Positions 57,273 through 64,000 of a stretch of DNA of 64,000 nt are shown piece after piece (the stretch's first letter is position 1; every line of letters starts with the position of its first letter). The stretch is taken from positions 8,101 to 72,100 of the forward strand of contig JACRFB010000010.1 of the NCBI GenBank assembly GCA_016218045.1. The letters run 5' to 3'. The position numbers and the translations under genes are program-made. A model generated the notes under the pieces. That model was not told the origin of the DNA. It was given only the letters and a program-made list of their open reading frames with translations, and made no database searches. This DNA comes from Ignavibacteriota bacterium (GTDB lineage: Bacteria > Bacteroidota > Ignavibacteria > SZUA-365).

Positions 57273-57364
57273 GAAAACTCCAGACGGCTGTTTCGAATAT
57301 TCGTGGGCCGGATCACGGCCCGCTGTCATAACAAAAAAGTACGGAAAATCATTCTCGCACAGAA

Positions 57365-58333
57365 TCAGATCTGCCCGCTCGCGTGTTTTTCACGGAGCCG
57401 GGCCAGCATGTCGTCGGTCATCGCCTCGAGATCGTAGGCGGGTTTCCAGCCCCATTCGCGCCTGGCGGCTGAGTCGTCCACACAATCGGGCCACGAATCG
57501 GCGATGTCCTGGCGGTAATCGGGTTCGTAGGTCACGGTGAAACCGGGCACGCGCGCGGTGATCGACGCGGCGAGTTCACGCGCCGTAAAACTCATCGATC
57601 CGACATTGAAGTCGGAGTGATGCTTCAGCGCCGCAAAATCCGCCTCGGCGAGATCCATCGTCGCCTTGATGCAATCGGGCATGTACATCATCGGGAGTTT
57701 TGTGTCCTCGCGCACGAAACAGGTGTAGGCGCCGTGTTTGACGGCATCGTAGTAGATCGCCACAGCGTAATCCGTCGTGCCGCCGCCGGGGAAGGTCTCC
57801 GCCGAAATGATGCCAGGGTAGCGCAGGCCGCGCACATCGAGATTATATTTCCGGACGAAGTAGTCCGATAATACTTCGCCCGCCACCTTGGTCACGCCGT
57901 ACATCGTCGTGGGTTTCAGGGCCGTCTCCTGCGGCGCGCAGTTGGGCGTGCCGGGTCCCCACACGGCGATGGAACTCGGAATGATGACACGTGCCATGTC
58001 GTATTTCACCGCGAGTTGCAGCACGTTGATCGTGCCGTTCATGTTGACGTTCCAGCACAGCATGGGATTCTTCTCGCCCACCGCCGAGAGCAGCGCCGCG
58101 AGATGAAACACGGTGTCGATGGAGTGCTTCTGCATGAGGGCGTCCATCTCGGCCTCGTTGGTGACGTCGAGCAGATGGAAGGGTCCCGCATCGCGCATCG
58201 CCTGCGGCGCCTCCTTGAGATCGGTGGCGATGACGTTCTCGGCGCCGTAGCGCTGGCGCAGAGCGGCGGTCAGTTCCGAGCCGATTTGTCCAAGCGCGCC
58301 GGTGACCAGGATTTTCGAGATGTTCTTTTTCAT
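57365..58333 (-). CDS. tdh: NAD-dependent L-threonine 3-dehydrogenase (short-chain/epimerase-fold type)
   Basis: Rossmann motif TGALGQIGSEL, catalytic YxxxK (YGVTK); adjacent to kbl. Confidence 0.8.
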   Translation of the reverse strand: MKKNISKILVTGALGQIGSELTAALRQRYGAENVIATDLKEAPQAMRDAGPFHLLDVTNEAEMDALMQKHSIDTVFHLAALLSAVGEKNPMLCWNVNMNGTINVLQLAVKYDMARVIIPSSIAVWGPGTPNCAPQETALKPTTMYGVTKVAGEVLSDYFVRKYNLDVRGLRYPGIISAETFPGGGTTDYAVAIYYDAVKHGAYTCFVREDTKLPMMYMPDCIKATMDLAEADFAALKHHSDFNVGSMSFTARELAASITARVPGFTVTYEPDYRQDIADSWPDCVDDSAARREWGWKPAYDLEAMTDDMLARLREKHASGQI

Positions 58334-58390
58334 GTCCGTGCGGAAAAATGAGTGGAGGTTCTGGATGTCCCGGGAGGGAGGGGAGCGGAT

Positions 58391-59659
58391 TTACGGAATG
58401 ATGCCGAGCGAGCGTCCCGCGGTCTCGAAGGCGCTGATGCAGGTGTCGATGTGTTCCTCGGTGTGCGCGGCCGAGATCTGCACGCGGATGCGCGCCTGGC
58501 CCTTCGGCACCACGGGGTAGGAAAATCCGACGACGTAGATGCCGAGATCGTACAGCGCGGTGGAAAGCGCCCCGGCGAGCTGCGCGTCGTTCGGGCTGTG
58601 TTTGCGCAGTAGTATCGGTGCTATGGGATGCACGCTGTCGGTGATGTCGAAACCGAGCGCGGTCATCTTCTGCCGGAAACGGCGCGTGTTCGACATGAGG
58701 CGCGTGCGCAGATCGTCGCTCTGGCTCACAAGATCGAAGGCGGCGATGGATGCGGCCACGATGCTGGGCGCCAGCGAATTCGAAAAGAGGTAGGGACGCG
58801 AACGCTGGCGCAGAATCTCGACGATCTCCTTGCGCGCGGCCGTGAAACCTCCCAAAGCGCCGCCCATGGCCTTGCCCAGCGTCGAGGTCACGATGTCGAC
58901 CTGGCCCAGCACGCCGCAGTACTCGATGGCACCGCGGCCGGTCGGACCGAAAAAGCCCGTGGCGTGTGATTCATCGACCATCACGAGCGCATCGTAGGTG
59001 TTGGCGAGATGTACGATCTCCGCAAGCTTGGCGATGTCGCCGTCCATCGAAAAAACGCCGTCGGTCGCGATGAGAATGTTGCGCGCCGGCGCCGGCTCCT
59101 TGCCCAGGCCGGTGTGATCCCACACGTCCACTCCCTCGCGCGCCTGCGCAAGTTTCGCCTCGAGCGACTGCATGTCGCCGTGTTCGTAGATGTAACGTTT
59201 CGCCTTGCAAAGACGGATGCCGTCGATGATGCTCGCGTGATTCAGGGAGTCGGTGATGATCACGTCGTCGGCCGAGAGAAAACTCTCGAAGAGGCCGCCG
59301 TTGGCGTCGAAACACGAGGAGTACAGGATGGCGTCGTCGAGTTCGTAGAATGCCGCGATGCGCTGCTCGAGCGTCTTGTGAATGTCCTGCGTGCCGCAGA
59401 TGAAACGCACGGACGAAAGGCCGAAGCCGTATTCGTCGAGCGCCTTGTGCGCAGCGTCGATCACCACGGGGTGATTCGCAAGGCCGAGGTAATTATTGGA
59501 GCAGAAATTCAGCACGCTGCGCGGCGCGGCGCCTTGCGGGTAACTGACGGTGATCTCAGCCTTCTGGTCCGACAGGATGACCCTTTCATCCTTGTACAAG
59601 CCGGAGGCCTTTATGGTGTTTAATTCCTGCTTGAGATCGTAACGGGTTCGTTGGTACAC
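58391..59659 (-). CDS. kbl: 2-Amino-3-ketobutyrate CoA ligase (glycine C-acetyltransferase), PLP-dependent
   Basis: Aligns along its length with E. coli Kbl (NFCSNNYLGLANHP, SVRFICGTQD, ILYSSCFDANGGLFE). Confidence 0.9.
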   Translation of the reverse strand: MYQRTRYDLKQELNTIKASGLYKDERVILSDQKAEITVSYPQGAAPRSVLNFCSNNYLGLANHPVVIDAAHKALDEYGFGLSSVRFICGTQDIHKTLEQRIAAFYELDDAILYSSCFDANGGLFESFLSADDVIITDSLNHASIIDGIRLCKAKRYIYEHGDMQSLEAKLAQAREGVDVWDHTGLGKEPAPARNILIATDGVFSMDGDIAKLAEIVHLANTYDALVMVDESHATGFFGPTGRGAIEYCGVLGQVDIVTSTLGKAMGGALGGFTAARKEIVEILRQRSRPYLFSNSLAPSIVAASIAAFDLVSQSDDLRTRLMSNTRRFRQKMTALGFDITDSVHPIAPILLRKHSPNDAQLAGALSTALYDLGIYVVGFSYPVVPKGQARIRVQISAAHTEEHIDTCISAFETAGRSLGIIP

Positions 59660-59827
59660 TGTTCACTCCAGAATATCCTCGCCAAATTAGGATTTTTTTC
59701 TCAAATGAACGAGCGGACGATGATTGCGCGGGAATCGGAAAATATGGATACGGCGCGGCGGTGCATTGCTCCATTGCCATGAAGACGTGTATCTTCCGCA
59801 ACCCTACCACCGAACAGCGAGCCAGGA

Positions 59828-61318
59828 ATGAACATTGCCAATCCCACGCCGGGACTGAACATCGATGAGATAATGGACAATGCGCAGACCGCGGCGCTGG
59901 CCTTCCAGTCGTACACGCAGGACGAAGTAGACGCGATTGTCGAAGCGGTGTATCACGCCGGTTTTAACGCCCGGCTCCAGCTCGCCGAGATGGCGCATCA
60001 GGAGACGCGGATCGGAGTGGTGAAGGACAAGGTCCTGAAGAACATCATCGCGACACGATATGTGTACGAGGACATACGCTCCCTGCGGACCGCGGGTATC
60101 ATTTCTGAAAATCCCGAATCAGGCATCACGGAGATCGCGCAGCCGATAGGTCCGATTTTCTGCGTGACACCGATCACGAATCCGACATCGACGGTTCTCT
60201 TTAAAATTCTCATCGCGCTCAAGACGCGCAACCCGATCATCATACGCCCGCACGGCGCAGCCAAAAAGTGCAGCATCGAGGCCGCCCGTATCTGTTACGA
60301 GGCGGCGGTGGAGGCGGGCGCGCCGCAGCATTGCATTCAGTGGATCAAACGCTCGTCGGAAGAGGAAACGCTCGCGTTTATGGCGCACCGGCGCACCGCG
60401 CTCATTCTTGCCACGGGTTCGGTCAGCCTTGTGCGCGCGGCGTACAGCTCGGGCAATCCGGCGATCGGCATCGGCCCGGGCAATGTTCCCGTGTACATCG
60501 GACGCACGGCCGACTTCGGTTTTGCCGTGAACCAGATCATGCGTTCCAAGACGTTCGACAACGGCACCATCTGCGCAAGCGAACAGGCGGTGGTGTGCAC
60601 CGAGGATTATGCGGACGAGGTCCGCACGCTGTTCTCGGAGGCGGGCGCGTACTTCATGACGCGCGAGGAGATCGCAAAGGTAAGCGCCATCGCGATCAAT
60701 CACGCGCAGCGTGTCATGAATCCCGCCGTGATCGGACAACCCGCCGGGCGCATCGCGCAAATGGCCGGCATCAGCATTCCCGAAGGCACACGCGTGCTCA
60801 TGGCCGAACTCGACGAGGTCGGGCTCCAGGCACCGCTTTCACTCGAAATCCTCGCACCGATTCTGGCATTTTACACCTCGCCCGATTTCGACAGCTCGAT
60901 CGACATCTGCCGCAAGATCAACCGCTACGGCGGACTCGGCCACACCGCCAGCATTTTCTCCACGCACGAGGAACGCATCGAGTACTTCGCAAACGCGATG
61001 AACGCGGGGCGCATCCTCGTGAACACCCCCGCCTCGTTCGGTGCGCTTGGAGGCACCTTCAACGCGCTGCAGCCCTCCATGACGCTCGCGTGCGGCAGCG
61101 GCGGGAAAAACATCACCACCGACAACATCTCCGCAAAACACCTGATGAATATCCAGCGCATCGCGCGTATGAAGGAGCACTCCTGCTTCGAGTGCGCGGA
61201 ACGCTGGGCGCTCGAGACGTCGATGGATGCGCGGACGGTGGACGCAAAGTGCAGCCACATTCACGGGCCAGTCGGCACCTGCAAGGAAATCACGCCCGAT
61301 CCGGCCCTGGTATCCTGA
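59828..61318 (+). CDS. CoA-acylating aldehyde dehydrogenase (EutE/PduP/AdhE-N-like) with a roughly 50-aa Cys/His-rich C-terminal extension
   Basis: ALDH fold with catalytic Cys in [10 protein letters not shown]; C-terminal ...[10 protein letters not shown]...[11 protein letters not shown]. Confidence 0.75.
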   Translation: MNIANPTPGLNIDEIMDNAQTAALAFQSYTQDEVDAIVEAVYHAGFNARLQLAEMAHQETRIGVVKDKVLKNIIATRYVYEDIRSLRTAGIISENPESGITEIAQPIGPIFCVTPITNPTSTVLFKILIALKTRNPIIIRPHGAAKKCSIEAARICYEAAVEAGAPQHCIQWIKRSSEEETLAFMAHRRTALILATGSVSLVRAAYSSGNPAIGIGPGNVPVYIGRTADFGFAVNQIMRSKTFDNGTICASEQAVVCTEDYADEVRTLFSEAGAYFMTREEIAKVSAIAINHAQRVMNPAVIGQPAGRIAQMAGISIPEGTRVLMAELDEVGLQAPLSLEILAPILAFYTSPDFDSSIDICRKINRYGGLGHTASIFSTHEERIEYFANAMNAGRILVNTPASFGALGGTFNALQPSMTLACGSGGKNITTDNISAKHLMNIQRIARMKEHSCFECAERWALETSMDARTVDAKCSHIHGPVGTCKEITPDPALVS

Positions 61319-61325
61319 GCACGCC

Positions 61326-63077
61326 CTAACGCCACGAGGCGCGGTCGAATTCCTCCGGCACGGTCCACGAGCCGATATACCCGTGGCCGTCCGGATCGCG
61401 AATCTGGTACCGTGCGCCGTCGGGTGTTGTTATCACCACATAGCTGCGGCCGCTTCCCGGTGTCCTGCCTATCGAATCGACGGGCACGTCGCGACCGTAT
61501 AACGGCAGATACGCCGAAGCGTCATCGATCCCCGCATCCGCGCGCCCGGCAAAGGCCACGAGCGAATCGACACCGTCGCACCAGCGGCCGTACCGCGCGT
61601 GATGACGGTGCTGGGCCTCCTGCAGCATTTTCATGCGCGCGCGTGATTCCCATCGTTCCTCACCCGCCGGTGCGGCGGGCGTGTGAAGGGCGCCATACAC
61701 AACAAGCGCGGCGAAGGCCAGGGAGGCGAGATGGAGGACACGTTCGGATCCGCGCGTGAAGTGTGATCCCGGGCCCGGCGTATCCGCCTCCTGATCCACC
61801 ACTCCGCCGAGAATCGCGAGGAGAAAAACAATCGCAAAAGGCACGACGGCGATTCCCTGCAGCCACAACAGCGTCCAGGGTGCGCAGTACGCCGCTGCGG
61901 CGATTGCCAGCGGACTGCGCCGCGCCGCGGCAGTCGCCAGTGCGCGCCACATGGCGGTCTGAAGCAGGACGAGCAGGGCAAGTCCGACGATACCGATCTG
62001 CAGACCCGCGCCGATAAACGTGGAATCAATGAGCAGATCTCCCGGCCCATTCGCTGTTCCATGCTGGAAGAATCCGGTGCCGAACAGCGCAGTCCCGACA
62101 TCGCCGCTCATCCATCGCGAGACGGCATACCACCAGCCGTCGAAGCGCTGCAGCAACGACTCGGCCGCGGCCATCGACGCCCCTCCCGCAGCGAGAAATG
62201 CCGCGATTCCCGCGAGGACCACCACGCCCGCCACAACGGGGAGCAGTGACAACAAACGCGGCATACGAGTGATGCGCGGCCACAGGAGAAGGGTCGCGAT
62301 CGAGAACGCGGCATGCAACCACGCGGCGCGGGTGCGCGTGTAGAGAAGGCCGGCAAGAACGAGCGCGAACAGCACGAGCAGTACTATGCGCAGGGCACGT
62401 GGGTGCGTGAACACGCCGGTGCTGGATGTGTCACGCACAAGTGCCAGGCACAGCAGGGCGGCGAACACGAGGAACGCACCGAAACTCGCGGGCGACGAAA
62501 ACAGGGAGAACGCGCGGACGGCACCGTAAAATTTCCATGCATGTGTTTCGAAGGAAACATCCGACGCTGTGACGGGCAGCAGTGGCGCGCCGAGTGCGGA
62601 CTGCAGGAATCCCAGGACCAGCAGAGGCAGAGCGGACACAAGCACGGTGGTCACGACGGTCTTTGGACGAACACGAAAGCCGCTCATCACAAGCAGCGGA
62701 GCAAGCAGGAGGTAGAAATAATACGCGTTGAATCCGCGCGCCGTGTACAACAGCGGGTGCTGTGAAAAAACAGTGGCGTGAATCCCGAGGTACACGAGAA
62801 GGACGGACGCAAGCAGCTTCACCCTGCCGGCACCCACGCTTGCACGTTGCGGCACCGCACTCGTCGATGCCACGTCCTGCCTGTGCTTCGAGACAAGGAG
62901 CCATGCGGCTCCGGCGAGACACACGAGCAGCAGCGCGATTTTTACAGAGACGGTTGGAAGCACGACTGTGCCTCCGAACAGCAGCATCTGCGGATACGCG
63001 AGGACGCCATCAACGGCCGCGACAAGCAGCAGTGCGGTTGCCGCGAAGGAGCCGTAGCGGAGCAGGTCGCGCGGCAT
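61326..63077 (-). CDS. Polytopic membrane protein, O-antigen ligase/polymerase (Wzy_C)-like, with a C-terminal soluble domain
   Basis: At least 10 predicted TM helices with a large loop. Family assignment by general resemblance only. Confidence 0.4.
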   Translation of the reverse strand: MPRDLLRYGSFAATALLLVAAVDGVLAYPQMLLFGGTVVLPTVSVKIALLLVCLAGAAWLLVSKHRQDVASTSAVPQRASVGAGRVKLLASVLLVYLGIHATVFSQHPLLYTARGFNAYYFYLLLAPLLVMSGFRVRPKTVVTTVLVSALPLLVLGFLQSALGAPLLPVTASDVSFETHAWKFYGAVRAFSLFSSPASFGAFLVFAALLCLALVRDTSSTGVFTHPRALRIVLLVLFALVLAGLLYTRTRAAWLHAAFSIATLLLWPRITRMPRLLSLLPVVAGVVVLAGIAAFLAAGGASMAAAESLLQRFDGWWYAVSRWMSGDVGTALFGTGFFQHGTANGPGDLLIDSTFIGAGLQIGIVGLALLVLLQTAMWRALATAAARRSPLAIAAAAYCAPWTLLWLQGIAVVPFAIVFLLAILGGVVDQEADTPGPGSHFTRGSERVLHLASLAFAALVVYGALHTPAAPAGEERWESRARMKMLQEAQHRHHARYGRWCDGVDSLVAFAGRADAGIDDASAYLPLYGRDVPVDSIGRTPGSGRSYVVITTPDGARYQIRDPDGHGYIGSWTVPEEFDRASWR

Positions 63078-63080
63078 GGA

Positions 63081-64000
63081 TCAGGCGTGTTTCCGCGCGC
63101 GATACCAGGCCACGGTGGCCGCGATCGCGTCACGCAGCGGTGTGGCGCGCATCCCGAAGGCCGTCTCGAAGCGCGTGCTGTCGACCACGAAGGGTTTCTC
63201 GAATTCGTACATCATCTCCACCATTTCGCGAGCGCCCGACGAGAAGAGTCCGAAGAAACGCATCATTCCCCTTCCCGCGCGTTGCATGCGCGGCGCTTGC
63301 CCCGCTTCTTCACACAGAAGGGTCATGAATTCGCGCGAGCTGAGGGCGGGCGCGTTCGGCACGTGCCAGACCCGGCCGAAAGCGTCCTCATGTTCCCCAA
63401 GGCGCACGAGCGCCTCGCCGAAATCATCGATAAAGGTGTAGGTGTGCGGCAGATCTATGTCACCCAGAAGTGATGCGGCTTTGCCACGCAGCACCGGCGC
63501 GATGGCGCGCTCGCCCATCGCGGAGAGAAGGACGCCTGGACCAAAAAAATCGGAGCCGCGACCGATGGTCACCGGCAGCAGACCTTCGGCATGCGCCTCC
63601 ATCGCCGCTTCCGCCATCATGGCGCGGGTCCGGCCCTTTCGTGTCGCGGCGTTGTACGGCATGTCCTCGACGAGCGGCCGTCCGTCGGGATCTCCGTACG
63701 CGTACACGTTGTCGGCGATCACCAACCGCGCACCGGCACGGGCGGCGGCGTCGAGTATCACTCCCTGCAGGGGAGGAAATTCTTCGGGCCAGCGGTGGTA
63801 GGGTGGATTCGCGCATTGATAGACAGTAGTGGCGCCGCTGCACAGCGCGTCCATCCGGTTCATGTCGAACACATCCGCCGCGAGTAATTCCGCACCGGCG
63901 GGCGCATCGGCCTGGCCGCCGCGATTCACGAGGCGCACGCGGTGGTTCCGCCGCTGCAGGGCGCGCGCTACACTGAGACCCAGAGGTCCCGTTCCGAAAA
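63081..64000 (-). CDS. NAD(P)-dependent epimerase/dehydratase-family oxidoreductase; 5' end lies beyond the window
   Basis: The frame stays open upstream of the track start to the window edge and encodes GTGPLGLSVARAL (GxGxxG Rossmann motif) at 63950-64000. Confidence 0.6.
   Translation of the reverse strand, partial: FGTGPLGLSVARALQRRNHRVRLVNRGGQADAPAGAELLAADVFDMNRMDALCSGATTVYQCANPPYHRWPEEFPPLQGVILDAAARAGARLVIADNVYAYGDPDGRPLVEDMPYNAATRKGRTRAMMAEAAMEAHAEGLLPVTIGRGSDFFGPGVLLSAMGERAIAPVLRGKAASLLGDIDLPHTYTFIDDFGEALVRLGEHEDAFGRVWHVPNAPALSSREFMTLLCEEAGQAPRMQRAGRGMMRFFGLFSSGAREMVEMMYEFEKPFVVDSTRFETAFGMRATPLRDAIAATVAWYRARKHA

Overview
GC-rich (by eye well over 60% GC) bacterial chromosomal segment with short intergenic spacers and many overlapping start/stop codons (ATGA/GTGA). 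A 60-aa-minimum six-frame track in such DNA yields many antisense artefact ORFs. The reading below is based on recognisable protein motifs, start-codon context and operon logic.

Gene content, in order along the window:
- 1-2.3 kb: the 3' end of a T9SS (Por-type C-terminal sorting domain) cargo gene, then a repeat-containing acidic protein.
- 1.4-4.9 kb, minus strand: a translationally coupled four-gene set encoding a corrinoid (B12-binding) protein, a stand-alone methionine-synthase activation domain, an MtaA/UroD-family zinc methyltransferase and a PhyH-family Fe(II)/2OG dioxygenase.
- 5.0-23.0 kb, minus strand: a complete division/cell-wall (dcw) cluster, mraZ-rsmH-ftsL-ftsI-murE-murF-mraY-murD-ftsW-murG-(small membrane ORF)-murC-murB-ftsQ-ftsA-ftsZ. 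It lacks ddl, has a putative MraZ operator upstream of mraZ, and ends in an intrinsic terminator after ftsZ.
- 23.3-29.7 kb: a DUF1611-like gene, purA, a STAS protein, secF, secD and a DUF2179 protein.
- 29.8-42 kb: an APC permease, a large membrane/TPR protein, an outer-membrane beta-barrel protein, and several secreted proteins, three of them with T9SS C-terminal domains.
- 42.2-51.3 kb, minus strand: a System-I cytochrome c maturation cluster, ccmA / ccmB-C-D-E-F. Its CcmE carries a CxxxY variant motif, there is a below-threshold ccmD, and a multi-PAS hybrid histidine kinase is inserted between ccmA and ccmB.
- 51.3-57.3 kb, minus strand: a tightly packed run of a T9SS-tagged metalloprotease, a thioesterase, BamD, two unknown envelope proteins, a TPM protein and LemA.
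- 57.4-64 kb: tdh-kbl (threonine degradation), a divergent CoA-acylating aldehyde dehydrogenase, an O-antigen-ligase-like membrane protein, and a 5'-truncated NAD-epimerase gene at the window edge.

I recognised no rRNA, tRNA, CRISPR array or mobile element. Lineage is inferred only: five T9SS-type C-terminal domains, BamD and a Bacteroidetes-style TAnnTTTG -7 motif suggest a GC-rich member of the Bacteroidota/Rhodothermota/Ignavibacteriota-Chlorobiota (FCB) group.

The most promising candidates for an undescribed system are the corrinoid/activation-domain/methyltransferase/dioxygenase operon and the sensor kinase embedded in the ccm locus.
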